From contig JBBATK010000008.1 in NCBI GenBank assembly GCA_040398805.1, positions 28,060-92,059 of the forward strand: a stretch of DNA of 64,000 nt, written 5' to 3'. The notes beneath the pieces were generated by a model. The model was not told the origin of the DNA, ran no database searches, and saw only the letters and a program-made list of their open reading frames with translations. Below, one piece after another: positions 37,854 through 49,146 of this stretch; position 1 is the first letter of the stretch; every line of letters starts with the position of its first letter. Made by a program: the position numbers and the translations under genes. The stretch comes from Candidatus Kapaibacterium sp. GTDB lineage: Bacteria > Bacteroidota > Ignavibacteria > Kapaibacteriales > NICIL-2.

Positions 37854-39581
37854 TCAGCGGATCACGATATCGATCTTCCGGGCCTGTAGGGCGGCGTTAC
37901 GGTCCCCGCGCGCACCCGCCGTCACCGTCCACCGGATGTCATCCGCATGGAGATACGCCGGCAGTGCCGTGCGGAGGCGGTCCTCGAGTGTGCGCTTCAT
38001 GTAGAGTGCGCGCAGGAGCGCAAGGGTCTTGTCGTCGAGGAGTGCACCGCGCGATACGCTGACGCCGGTGACGTCGTCGGTGATGGACGATTCGTCGTAC
38101 TGTTCGGCATCGGTGCGGACCGCATCGTCGGGAAAGCCGGTGACCGTGATGTCGATCGACCGTTTCGTCCCGCATCCTCGATGATACCATTCCATCGTCC
38201 GAACAATGCCCGAACAGATGGAGGCGACGGCGGAGTCGATGCTCCGGGCGTCGTCGTCGGCTGATGCAGGAAGCGAGCGGAAGCGCAGCGGCACGGCGTC
38301 CGAACCGGTCAGGTTCATTTCGTTCTGAAGTCGTAAAGTGGTCAGCGCCGCCGAAGTGAGCGGACGGTATGCACCGGGCGTGAAGAAGCTTCTTTCGAGC
38401 GTGATGAGGTCGGGTGCCGGTACTTCGGGGAGCGACATCGAACTCCGTATCACCACGGCCGCCGTTTCGTTGCACGGCGCAGTGAACCGTTGTTCCATGG
38501 CCTCGTTCGAACATTCGTTGACATAGCGGATCATGTACGAACGTCGCGGAAGGATTTTGATTTCAAAGCTCCCGTCTTCACGGACCATCGACTGCTGCAG
38601 TCGACCTGTGCTATCCAACACCGTGACGATGCCCGAACGACGGACGATGGTCTTCGATGCGGCGACCTCTCCACGCAACAGCACGGGTCCGCACAGTAAC
38701 ATCCCGTGCAGATCGTATCCACCGCAGCCCCCGGGCCGCGTGGACGCGAAGAAGATGGAGTCGCCCCATATCACCGGCGAGATGTCGTCGTTCCGGGAAT
38801 TGATGGGAGCAGGTAAACGTTCACTGCGACCCCATGGCGCGCTCTCGGTCGGGGTGGTGCGCATGAGCTCATATCCGGCGTCTGGCCATCGATCCGTTGC
38901 GTACAGAAGATTGTCCGCCGCGTCGAACGACGGAGTGAATTCGTTCGCAGGCCCGTTGACGTCGGCTCCGGCGTTTCGTGGCCGACTCCAACTGTCGCCG
39001 TCGCGCGTGGAAATCCAGATGTCCATTCCGCCCATGCCGCCCGGTCGGTCCGATGCGAATGCCAGCATGGTTCCGTCCCGCGAGAAGAAGGGTTGCGCCT
39101 CCCACGAGGGCGACGAGCACGCGGTAAGGATCTCGGGTTCGGACCAAACGCCCGCACGCATGGTGCTGATGCCAAGGTCCGTCTGCACGGACTTTCCCCG
39201 TCCTCGGGTCATGGTGAACACCGCCACCATCACGGAATCGCTTTCCTTGAAGATCGTCGGTCCCGCCCCGCCCCATGCCTCGGGAGCGAGCACCCTTGTA
39301 CGCGTAGCTGCAGAAAAGTTACCGTCATCGAGCCGTGAGCACTCGAACACGTAATCGACAACGGACGGAGGAACGGCGGTGGCTTGCAAGTCGGTGAGCG
39401 ACCGCTTGGTCGTGAACAGCATCTTGCCACCGAAGAATCGCGGAGCGATATCGTCCGACGACGAGTTCACGAACGACCCGCAATTGCCCGGTGAGCGGTC
39501 GGCGGAGCACTCCTGCGGCGTCCGACACGACGCGCAACAGAGCACGAGAAACAAAAACCACGTGAGGGCGAGGTGCTTCAT
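37854..39581 (-). CDS. PD40 (TolB-like beta-propeller) repeat lipoprotein with OmpA-like C-terminal region (tentative)
   Basis: Starts at MKHLALTWFLFLVLCCASC (ATG 39581). PD40-like repeats: FFSRDGTMLAFASDRPGGMGGMDIW and SPVIWGDSIFFASTRPGGCGGYDLH. Confidence 0.65.
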   Translation of the reverse strand: MKHLALTWFLFLVLCCASCRTPQECSADRSPGNCGSFVNSSSDDIAPRFFGGKMLFTTKRSLTDLQATAVPPSVVDYVFECSRLDDGNFSAATRTRVLAPEAWGGAGPTIFKESDSVMVAVFTMTRGRGKSVQTDLGISTMRAGVWSEPEILTACSSPSWEAQPFFSRDGTMLAFASDRPGGMGGMDIWISTRDGDSWSRPRNAGADVNGPANEFTPSFDAADNLLYATDRWPDAGYELMRTTPTESAPWGRSERLPAPINSRNDDISPVIWGDSIFFASTRPGGCGGYDLHGMLLCGPVLLRGEVAASKTIVRRSGIVTVLDSTGRLQQSMVREDGSFEIKILPRRSYMIRYVNECSNEAMEQRFTAPCNETAAVVIRSSMSLPEVPAPDLITLERSFFTPGAYRPLTSAALTTLRLQNEMNLTGSDAVPLRFRSLPASADDDARSIDSAVASICSGIVRTMEWYHRGCGTKRSIDITVTGFPDDAVRTDAEQYDESSITDDVTGVSVSRGALLDDKTLALLRALYMKRTLEDRLRTALPAYLHADDIRWTVTAGARGDRNAALQARKIDIVIR

Positions 39582-39999
39582 CCGAGAAGTTCCATGTGAT
39601 GCATCAAAGCTGCAAACGCAGGCGAAGGAATTCAACGACGCAATATACGCCCACACGAGAAAGCGCGGTCCGCACACACAGCCGCAGTGTGCAGGGTTTG
39701 TGACAGTGAGGAAAATCTGACAGATGAGAGGCGGAATCGACGCAGACAGCGGGGGGTGAGGCGACGTGGTGTGGAAATGTGAGGTCATAAGCACCGGACC
39801 CCCTATAAATGAGATACCCCTTGGCGTCACCACTCGCCAAGGGGCACTCCCCTTCTCACCTTTCACCACCACAACGAAAGACGGCGTCTAAACGACTGCC
39901 GTGCTGCGAAATTAAACGGCCAATCAGTCTAGGCAAACATTTTTTTCAACAACGGAAAAAAAAGTTGAAACAAATTTGAAATGGCCCAAAATCTCGAAA

Positions 40000-40701
40000 T
40001 CAGGCGGGTTTTTCGTCGCCCGCCGCATCCGTTTTCTCCGAAACATCCATTCCATCCTGTTCATTTTCCACGAGCGGCTCGTTCGCGTCTGCTGTGTGGA
40101 TGTTCGCTGCTTGCGCATGTCCGGGCGAGAGCTCCCGAGGACCCGTGTGCGAGGGGATCTTATAGTTGAAAAGAAGCAGGAGAACGATACCGCAGCTCAC
40201 GCATGCATCGGCGATATTGAAGATGTACCAGCGGGTGATTTCGCGGTCGAACAGGGTGAAGTCCGGACAATCCACATCGATGAAGTCCACCACCTTGCCA
40301 TAGAACAACGGCGCTTCGTTGTAGATCACTCCATAGAACACGCGGTCGATGAGGTTGCCCGTGGCCCCGGCCAGAAGCAGCATCACGCCGAGCTGTATGA
40401 CCTTCGGGCCTGTGCGGATCTTGGAGAGGTACCATGCCAGCGCCATGGCAGCGACTATGGAGAACAAGCTGAGGAAGATCTTGCCATCGCCGAAGGTGAT
40501 ACCGAACGCCATCCCCGGGTTCTCCACGTAGGTCCACCGCAGGAACTCGCCCAGCACCGGCTCCGATGCATGCAACGGCATGCCCTCGTGCACCCAACCG
40601 CCGATGGTGAACCCTTTCACCCATGCTTTCGTGACCTGGTCAGCGAGTATCAAGGCGAGTGCGACGAGGAAGAGCTTCTGTTCTTTGAGTTTCTGTATCA
40701 T
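40000..40701 (-). CDS. lspA: signal peptidase II (lipoprotein signal peptidase) with acidic C-terminal tail
   Basis: Motifs: ILADQVTKAWV, NPGMAFG, LLAGATGNLIDR, VVDFIDV, FNIADACVSCG. Confidence 0.9.
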   Translation of the reverse strand: MIQKLKEQKLFLVALALILADQVTKAWVKGFTIGGWVHEGMPLHASEPVLGEFLRWTYVENPGMAFGITFGDGKIFLSLFSIVAAMALAWYLSKIRTGPKVIQLGVMLLLAGATGNLIDRVFYGVIYNEAPLFYGKVVDFIDVDCPDFTLFDREITRWYIFNIADACVSCGIVLLLLFNYKIPSHTGPRELSPGHAQAANIHTADANEPLVENEQDGMDVSEKTDAAGDEKPA

Positions 40702-40831
40702 GGGGATGAAAAAGTGTACGCACAAAAATACATGGTGCTGCAGGCCACGCTCGAGAGAAAAGACGCCGTTCCGACGGCCTTCCTGCGAGGGACGGGGTTC
40801 GCGGTTGACTGCCTTCCTTGCCTACCCCTTG

Positions 40832-42505
40832 TCAGGATACCGATCGGGCTTTGCGTACGCGAAGCGCGTGCGTGAACGCAAGGAAGTCGTCGAGCTCCAT
40901 GGTGTTGACGACGTCCTGCGCGCGAAGCATGCCTTTCCTTGCCATGCCGATGCCGTACTCCACTTCCCTCAGCGTCTCCTTCTGATGCGAGTCCGGATTG
41001 ATGGCGATACGGATGCCTTTCTGCACGGCCTTCCGGTGCCATCGCCAGTCCAGGTCCAGACGATACGGATTGGCATTGAGTTCGATGACGGTACCTGTGG
41101 CGGCGGCCGCGTCCAGGATGCGTTCCATGTCCACGGCATAGCCGTCTCGCGCCAGGAGCAGACGTCCCGTGGGATGGCCGAGTATGGTGGTGAACGGATT
41201 GTGTATCGCGCGGACGATGCGCTCTGTCTGCTTGTCTTTGTCGAGTCGGAAGGAGGAGTGCACGGAGGCGACGACGACATCGAAGAGCTCCAGGATCCCG
41301 TCGTCGTAATCCAGCGATCCGTCCGGCAGGATGTCGCTCTCGATGCCCTTGAGGATGCGTATGCCCAATCCCTCCCGATTCAATGCGTCGATCTCCTTAT
41401 GCTGCGCCTTCACCCGTTCCACACTCAGTCCTTGCGCATACACCGCCGTCTTCGAGTGATCGCAGATGGCGATGTGGGTGTAGCCCATCTCCTTGCTCCG
41501 CAAAGCCATGTCGCGCACGGTGTCGGCTCCGTCGCTCCACTCCGTGTGGATATGAAGCATGCCACGCATGTCGGTTGCCTGTATCAGTTCCGGGACGACG
41601 TTACGTCGCGCCAGCTCGAGTGTCTCTGCGCGTTCCCGGACTTCCACGGGTAGGTAGGCAAGAGCGTTGCGGGAGAATATCTCCTGCTCGCTTGTTACGT
41701 CCTCGAGAGCATACTGCGCATCGAATGCCGACAGGAACTCGTCGCCGGCGCTTTCGCGAAAGAGGGTACGAACGAAGGAATGTTCGGCGGCGTGAACGGC
41801 ACGGACACTAACGCCGTCGCGTTGGAACACGACGTCGTTCCCGTGACTCTTCCCCTTGCAGTGCGTGGCAACGACGTCCGGAGAGCAACCGCACCAGACG
41901 ACGACGATCTCGTCTACCACTTCGCAATGACGTCGCACCTGCCCCGCCGCCTCTGCCCGTGCGGCTCCGCAGGCCAGAAGCTCGGTGCAGACCGCAGCCG
42001 CTATCTCCTGTGCGAGCGGTAGTCTGCATTTGCCTTGCGCAGCACTCCATGTTTCGATGGCAGCAAGGATGGACGCCTGCGTCTTCTCGCCGAACCCCTT
42101 GAGCTCCACGAGTCTGTTCTCCTTGCACGCATACTCGAGCTCGCCGATGCTTGCTATGCCCAAGTGTTCGTACAACGCTTTGGCTTTCTTGCCGCCCACG
42201 CCGCGCAGGGAGGTGAGCGATACCACACCGGGCGGAACCAGCGTCCGCAACTCCTCCACCTCCGCCAGCGTTCCCGTTGCGTGGTATTCCTCGATGAGTT
42301 CCGATAGACCTTTTCCTATGCCTTTGGTGGCATGCAGCGTACCGTCCTGCAGCAGAGCCGAGAGCTCGCCGTGGAGTCCGTCCAACACCCGGGCACCGTT
42401 CTGCACGGCGCGGATGCGGAAAGGGTTACCGTCGCTCAGCTCCAGCAAGAGTGCCAACTCTTCCAGGAGGGAGACGCATTCCGTGCGGGTTCGAGGTGTG
42501 TTCAT
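40832..42505 (-). CDS. polX: PolX family protein (Pol-beta-like N-terminal region plus PHP phosphoesterase domain)
   Basis: Starts at MNTPRT (ATG 42505). HhH motifs: GIGKGLSE and LRGVGGKKAKAL. PHP motifs: HIHTEWSDG, ICDHS, ASVHS, GHPTGR, ELNANP, INPDSH. Confidence 0.85.
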   Translation of the reverse strand: MNTPRTRTECVSLLEELALLLELSDGNPFRIRAVQNGARVLDGLHGELSALLQDGTLHATKGIGKGLSELIEEYHATGTLAEVEELRTLVPPGVVSLTSLRGVGGKKAKALYEHLGIASIGELEYACKENRLVELKGFGEKTQASILAAIETWSAAQGKCRLPLAQEIAAAVCTELLACGAARAEAAGQVRRHCEVVDEIVVVWCGCSPDVVATHCKGKSHGNDVVFQRDGVSVRAVHAAEHSFVRTLFRESAGDEFLSAFDAQYALEDVTSEQEIFSRNALAYLPVEVRERAETLELARRNVVPELIQATDMRGMLHIHTEWSDGADTVRDMALRSKEMGYTHIAICDHSKTAVYAQGLSVERVKAQHKEIDALNREGLGIRILKGIESDILPDGSLDYDDGILELFDVVVASVHSSFRLDKDKQTERIVRAIHNPFTTILGHPTGRLLLARDGYAVDMERILDAAAATGTVIELNANPYRLDLDWRWHRKAVQKGIRIAINPDSHQKETLREVEYGIGMARKGMLRAQDVVNTMELDDFLAFTHALRVRKARSVS

Positions 42506-42710
42506 GACCGTGTGGTTGGTGATGGGACTGGTGAAGATACACGACGAGGAGTAAACCCGAGGTGTGATCGCACGGCCGGCCGGAGCATCGTCCTCTGCTG
42601 GCCGACGAGGCGATTGTGAGTATTTTCCCCGCTTCCCTTGCGCGCGAACAAACGGCCCATGCGGACCACGCTGGCATCGCGCCGGGAATTCACGAAGGTG
42701 TTCTCGACGA

Positions 42711-43439
42711 ATGTTCATGACCGAATCGTTGCCTACGACTGCGTTCCTCGTGCTGCTCAGCGTCGCACCCGGACTCGTCATCGCGTGGTTCGTGTACACC
42801 CGCGACCGGTACGACAAGGAGCCGCAGCATCTGCTTGTCCGGTCCTTCCTTCTCGGCATGCTCGGCGTGGTTCCGCCTGTCGTCGTGGAAATGGTGATGA
42901 ACCTTATCGGTTTCGACAAGACGCAGAGTGTCGTTCATCTCTTCGCCCACGCCTTCTTCGTCGTCGCCTTCGTCGAGGAGGCCACGAAATTCCTCATCCT
43001 GCGAACCTACGCCTATACCAAGCCCGATTTCGACGAACCGTTCGACGGTATCACGTACTCGGTGATGGTCGCCATGGGTTTCGCAACAGTGGAGAACCTC
43101 ATGTACGTGTTGTCGTACGGTAGTGCGGGACCTTCCTTCGAAACCGCGCTGTGGCGCATGTTCACCGCCGTTCCCGCCCACGCCGCCAATGCCATCCTCA
43201 TGGGATACTACACGGGTCTGGCGAAGTTCGCCCGACATGAGGGACCATTGCTCTTCACAGCGTTCATGACCGCGCTCGTGGCGCATGGACTCTATGACTT
43301 CTTCATCTTCCTGAACAGACCGGGATTGATCATCCTTGGTGCTTTCGCCGTTCTCCTCATCGTCATCACCCTGTCCATCCGCGCCATGCGGTTGCATACC
43401 ATGAACTCGCCGTTCCGCACGAAGGCGTCCGAAGATTGA
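42711..43439 (+). CDS. PrsW family intramembrane protease
   Basis: Multi-TM protein. Motifs: YDKEP, FVEEATKF, ATVENLMY, PAHAANAI, HGLYDF. Confidence 0.8.
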   Translation: MFMTESLPTTAFLVLLSVAPGLVIAWFVYTRDRYDKEPQHLLVRSFLLGMLGVVPPVVVEMVMNLIGFDKTQSVVHLFAHAFFVVAFVEEATKFLILRTYAYTKPDFDEPFDGITYSVMVAMGFATVENLMYVLSYGSAGPSFETALWRMFTAVPAHAANAILMGYYTGLAKFARHEGPLLFTAFMTALVAHGLYDFFIFLNRPGLIILGAFAVLLIVITLSIRAMRLHTMNSPFRTKASED

Positions 43440-43492
43440 ATGGTGAGGCGGAAGCCGCGAGCATGACGCCGGGCTTCTCGTGCATGAACCGA

Positions 43493-44800
<1,308 letters not shown>

Positions 44801-44847
44801 CTACGGATGAAGTCAGGAAGCGATGCGGAGGCAGAGGACGAGTGCTT

Positions 44848-45159
44848 TCAGGCACCGTTCATTTCGTCGATCTTATCGGCAAGGGCGAAGTCGAGCTCCG
44901 TCAGCCCGCCCTGGTCGTGCGTGGTCAGGGTGACACGGATCTTGTTCCAGCCGTAGACAAGGATATCGGGATGATGATCCATGGTCTCCGCGACGATGGC
45001 GATGGCATTGACGATGCCGATGGCCGCAGGCCAGTTGGCGGCATGGAGTTCGCGGACGATGCGTTGCGGAGGAACGTCGTTCCCCTCGAGTCTCCAGGAA
45101 GGATGGAACTCCAGATGACGCTCGATGAGATCTTGGGATAAACGAGGTGGACGTGCCAT
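44848..45159 (-). CDS. phhB: 4a-hydroxytetrahydrobiopterin (pterin-4-alpha-carbinolamine) dehydratase
   Basis: Contains the motif ETMDHHPDILVYGWNKIRVTLTTHDQGGLT. Confidence 0.85.
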   Translation of the reverse strand: MARPPRLSQDLIERHLEFHPSWRLEGNDVPPQRIVRELHAANWPAAIGIVNAIAIVAETMDHHPDILVYGWNKIRVTLTTHDQGGLTELDFALADKIDEMNGA

Positions 45160-45211
45160 ATCGACTACGGTATAGGGTGCGGTGAACGACGACCGTTCGA
45201 AAATACGGAGG

Positions 45212-45239
45212 AAAAAAAAGGGTTGGCACGCCAACCCTT
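45212..45239 (-). terminator. rho-independent terminator of trxA
   Basis: Minus strand AAGGGTTGGC-loop-GCCAACCCTT followed by T8. Confidence 0.7.
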
Positions 45240-45291
45240 GAAAAGATGAATCAGGGGGGACCCCCGCGCACAGGCGTGCGCCGTGGACGCC

Positions 45292-45627
45292 TTAGTTCTT
45301 GATGTGCTGCTGCAGACGTTCGACGATGAAGTTCTTGGGGACGAGGCCGACGATGGAGTCGACGACCTTTCCTTCATGGAACACGAGAAGCGCGGGGATG
45401 GAACGGATGCCGTACTCCATCGCGACGCGAGGGTTCTGGTCCACATCCACTTTACCCACCTTCACCTTGCCCTGCATTTCGCCGGCAAGCTCTTCGATGA
45501 TGGGACCGATCATGCGGCACGGACCGCACCACTCAGCCCAGAAATCGATAAGCACCGGGTGGGTTGATTCTAAAACTTCCGTCTGAAAATTGTCGTCGGT
45601 GACCGTAGCAGGATGAACCGCTTCCAT
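45292..45627 (-). CDS. trxA: thioredoxin
   Basis: Contains FWAEWCGPCRMIGP. 111 aa from ATG at 45627. Confidence 0.92.
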   Translation of the reverse strand: MEAVHPATVTDDNFQTEVLESTHPVLIDFWAEWCGPCRMIGPIIEELAGEMQGKVKVGKVDVDQNPRVAMEYGIRSIPALLVFHEGKVVDSIVGLVPKNFIVERLQQHIKN

Positions 45628-45844
45628 GAATACTCCGCTGAAAAATGGTTTTGATAAAGAGACTGTCGATACACTGAAACTCATCGTCGAAAAACGCCAT
45701 TGCGCTCGGTCGACCGGCTTTTCGTGCGTCCTACCCTTACGCACTACATGGTTTCGCGAGAAACGATGCTGTTCCGTAAAGGTCCCGTATCAACGAATGA
45801 CGATCGGTTTTGTTGTGCCGCACGCCGCCGATGCCGCTTGCCGC

Positions 45845-46924
45845 TCAGAACGTGTCTTCGACGGCCGTGAGGATCATATCCGGCGTCAGGGAATCCATGC
45901 ACGCATACTCCGTATTGCTGCACGTGCCACGGAAGAAGCAGTGACACTCCTTTGCGGGCGCCACGATACGTCCGCGTCCATACAGTTCGAACTCATGCGG
46001 ATTGAAGATGTTGTTCATGAGCACGACCCGTTTCCGAAGGCCGATGGCGATATGCAGGGCAAGCGTCACCGTCGTGACGACGGTATGGCAGCAGTCCACG
46101 AGCGAGATGAAGTCGCGCATGGGAAAGAAACCGTAGTACATGGCGCCGCTGGATGCCGCAAGCTTCGTATTGAACTCATGTTCCTGCTTGCCGCCCAGCA
46201 GTAATGGTGTGTGACCCGCCTGTGTGAGACGATGGACGAGTTCGATCCAGTATTCCTCTTTCCAACGGCGGGATGTCCACCGCTCGCCGCACCCCGTGTT
46301 GAGTCCGACCACATGCCCGCTGCTCGACCGCAACGCGGAGAACTGCTCGCCCCCCGGCACATCCAGGATGTACTCCTCGCCGGCGAACTCCCAGCCGCAC
46401 ATGGCGAATATCTCTTGCGGATACGAGAGCGTGTTGGCTTTGTTCACATCGTCGAACAGTCCTGTCAGGAACTTCGCGTCGGCTCGCTCATCAGCAGGGG
46501 CCGGCTTGCCGTTCCTCAGCACGAAGCCCATCTTCCGCGCGGCATGCACACGGTTCGCAAGTGCACACGCATGCGGGTCCTTGTCAAGATTGATAAGGAT
46601 GTCATACGGCGTCTCTTCTATTTCCAAGAGGGCTTCCGCACCGAAGGCGAAGGTCTTGTGGACCATGGCCGGAACCACCTCGGGCGAATAGGTCAACCAA
46701 TGGATGGCGTGATCCGGGTAGGTGTCGCGGAGCTTGTGAATGAGCGGCGTGGTGCGGATCACATCGCCCGTCGCCCCGAGCTTGATGATAAGGATACGAC
46801 CTTCCTGGACACGGTACTCCGGGCACGTGGCGCAGTGATAGCCGGCGCGTTTGTGCGGCGCGCAGGGAAGATCGCCACGGAAGTGGATGCAATCGGAGTG
46901 ATACACGGTGTCGGCTGATCGCAT
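45845..46924 (-). CDS. glycosyltransferase family 9 (heptosyltransferase-like)
   Basis: Motifs: ILIIKLGATGDVIRTTP and GLNTGCGERW, with a typical GT9 layout. Cys-rich N-terminal extension. Confidence 0.75.
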   Translation of the reverse strand: MRSADTVYHSDCIHFRGDLPCAPHKRAGYHCATCPEYRVQEGRILIIKLGATGDVIRTTPLIHKLRDTYPDHAIHWLTYSPEVVPAMVHKTFAFGAEALLEIEETPYDILINLDKDPHACALANRVHAARKMGFVLRNGKPAPADERADAKFLTGLFDDVNKANTLSYPQEIFAMCGWEFAGEEYILDVPGGEQFSALRSSSGHVVGLNTGCGERWTSRRWKEEYWIELVHRLTQAGHTPLLLGGKQEHEFNTKLAASSGAMYYGFFPMRDFISLVDCCHTVVTTVTLALHIAIGLRKRVVLMNNIFNPHEFELYGRGRIVAPAKECHCFFRGTCSNTEYACMDSLTPDMILTAVEDTF

Positions 46925-46927
46925 CGA

Positions 46928-47725
46928 TTAGAAATAGTATTGGAGCCACAAGGAGATGTTGCTGAACATGGCGAACTGCTCGCCGGTCTCGCCGATGCGC
47001 GTAGGTGTGAGCAGCTGACCCCGTCGGTCCGCTCCCGTGGAACGGAGGTCGCGTCCGACAAGGTTGTATACTCCGTAGGCCGCACTGATGTTGATGCGGA
47101 GCGGCTCCGAGAGGATGCCTTGGACGCCGACGCGCACGGCACCACCCAGACGGAACACGCTCGGCTTGAGCGTCGTATCAAGGGAATACTGGGGAAGAGG
47201 GTTGCCCGTGGAATACTCATCCACATTGTACTGGAAGCGGGAACCGCCCACGAACGAACCGCGGACATCCACGCCGCCGTACAGGAAGGCCTCGGAGAGC
47301 GGAAGTTCGGCGAAACGGTATTGACAACCGGTGACGATGCTCGTGACATTGCTGGAGACGGAGCCGTGGCCCGTGAGACCGGGATTCTCCAGGCGCTGGA
47401 GTCCGCGGAAAAACGTCATATCCACTCCCACCGGAATGATGAACCGTTTCATCGCACCCACCTCGAAGTTCACTCGTGCGCTCACGCCGCTTTGCGCTCC
47501 AACGAAGTTCGAACCCGTCACGAAGGTCGAGTCGTTGCGGGACGAGAACATCGGTAACTGCGCGCCTTGGTCTCCGTGAAGCACCGTGGCGGTGAAACCG
47601 AACTCCACCTTCGTTATATCCTTCGCGTACGATTTCTTCATCAGGTTGCGTTCGACCTGCGCATGCAGAGGGATTGCGCACAGTATCAGGCCACAGAGCA
47701 GAAGACGAACGCCGAGAGTTGTCAT
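46928..47725 (-). CDS. outer-membrane beta-barrel protein (hypothetical)
   Basis: Signal peptide, alternating beta-strand pattern, and a C-terminal ...LWLQYYF. Confidence 0.6.
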   Translation of the reverse strand: MTTLGVRLLLCGLILCAIPLHAQVERNLMKKSYAKDITKVEFGFTATVLHGDQGAQLPMFSSRNDSTFVTGSNFVGAQSGVSARVNFEVGAMKRFIIPVGVDMTFFRGLQRLENPGLTGHGSVSSNVTSIVTGCQYRFAELPLSEAFLYGGVDVRGSFVGGSRFQYNVDEYSTGNPLPQYSLDTTLKPSVFRLGGAVRVGVQGILSEPLRINISAAYGVYNLVGRDLRSTGADRRGQLLTPTRIGETGEQFAMFSNISLWLQYYF

Positions 47726-47862
47726 AGTCAGGTTCCTCGCGTGGCGAACACGCGTTTGTTACAAAGCATGAGCGGGGCGCAATATACAACCTCGGGTTGC
47801 TCCCTTTGTCGCCTGCGAACCGGCTACCGGTGCGCGAAGGACGTTCCGTCGGCGGTATGATC

Positions 47863-49146
47863 CTACACCTGTTCCTTGATGCTGTACTCGGCTTGGGACA
47901 GATTGTTCTTGACGATCATCTCGCCGATCAAGCCGATGGAGATGAGCTGCACGCCCACGATGATGAACGCCACGCCCATGAGCATGAGCGGACGTTGCGT
48001 GAGATAGGTCTGGGAAAGCGCCCACTCGACGCTGAGATAGATATCGATGCCAAGTCCGATCAACGTGAAAAGAGCGCCGAGCGCACCGAAGAGGTGCAGA
48101 GGACGCTTGATGAAGCGCGTGGTGAAGACCACGGTGAGCAGATCGAGGAAGCCTTTCAGGTATCGGCTCATGCCGAACTTGGAGTGACCGAATTTGCGGG
48201 CATGATGGGTGACGGGGATTTCCGTGACCGTGAAGCCCTCCCAATGCGCGAGCGCCGGGATGTAACGGTGCATCTCGCCGTAGATCTGAACGGTCTTGAT
48301 CACCTCGCTACGGTATGCTTTCAATCCGCAATTGAAGTCATGCAACGACACACCGCTGACCACGGAGGTCACGTGATTGAAGAACTTCGACGGTAGGCGT
48401 TTCTCGAGGGGATCCTTCCGGCGTTTCTTCCAGCCGCTCACCAGGTCGTATCCTTCGTTGAGCGCCGCGATAAGGTTCGGTATCTCCAGAGGATCGTCCT
48501 GAAGGTCCGCATCCATGGTGATGACGACGTCGTTCTTCGCTTGCGCGAAACCTACCGCAAGGGCGGCGGACTTGCCATTGTTCCTCCGGAAGCGGATGCC
48601 GTGGATGCGACCGTTGCGACGGTTCCATTTGCGAATGATCTCGAACGATGAATCCGTGGAGCCGTCGTCGATATACAGGATCTCGTATCGTCCGCCGCTC
48701 TCCGTTTCGAGCACGGGGACGAGGCGGTTGGTGAGTTCGTCCAGCGATTCTTCTTCATTGAGCAACGGGATGACCACGCTGATGGAAGGCCTGCTTCCGC
48801 CACGTCCGCCGCCATTGCCTCTACCGCCACCGGCATTCCCGGTGCGACGGTTGCCACGACGGTGACGGTCGTTGCGACGTTCGCCTGAACGTTCGTCGCG
48901 GTTCGTCGATGAGCTTTCCGTCTCCCCGCTTGCGGAGTCATCCGTGGATTGGTCGTCAGCGCCTGCGGATTGCCGGTCGCGCGGTGTATTGCCATGACGG
49001 TGTTGGCGGCGACGGTCACGATGACGGTCGCGCTGCCCGCGTTGTTCAGTGGATGGCGATTCGGACGGCGTCTGATCCGCCTGGTCTTCGGTGTACTCGT
49101 TTGTCACGAAGGTATGTTGGGGAGTGGATGGTACGAGCGCTGCCAT
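47863..49146 (-). CDS. GT2 polyprenyl-phosphate glycosyltransferase (ArnC/DPM1-like) with Arg/Gly/Asp-rich N-terminal extension
   Basis: Motifs: ISVVIPLLNEE, YIDDGSTD, TMDADLQDDP, with two C-terminal TM helices. The first ~125 aa are low complexity (RDRHRDRRRQHRH...GGGRGNGGGRGG). Confidence 0.85.
   Translation of the reverse strand: MAALVPSTPQHTFVTNEYTEDQADQTPSESPSTEQRGQRDRHRDRRRQHRHGNTPRDRQSAGADDQSTDDSASGETESSSTNRDERSGERRNDRHRRGNRRTGNAGGGRGNGGGRGGSRPSISVVIPLLNEEESLDELTNRLVPVLETESGGRYEILYIDDGSTDSSFEIIRKWNRRNGRIHGIRFRRNNGKSAALAVGFAQAKNDVVITMDADLQDDPLEIPNLIAALNEGYDLVSGWKKRRKDPLEKRLPSKFFNHVTSVVSGVSLHDFNCGLKAYRSEVIKTVQIYGEMHRYIPALAHWEGFTVTEIPVTHHARKFGHSKFGMSRYLKGFLDLLTVVFTTRFIKRPLHLFGALGALFTLIGLGIDIYLSVEWALSQTYLTQRPLMLMGVAFIIVGVQLISIGLIGEMIVKNNLSQAEYSIKEQV

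Noticed and set aside
45716-45724. A third occurrence of CGAAAAGCC (minus strand), upstream of trxA, as a possible third copy of the leader element.
   Set aside because: Only the 9-mer matches and the flanks do not align. The distance to the ATG is about 90-100 nt rather than about 36 nt as in the two bona fide copies (20-21 nt measured from the 3' end of the full element). A single 9-mer hit is expected by chance in 128 kb of two-strand sequence.
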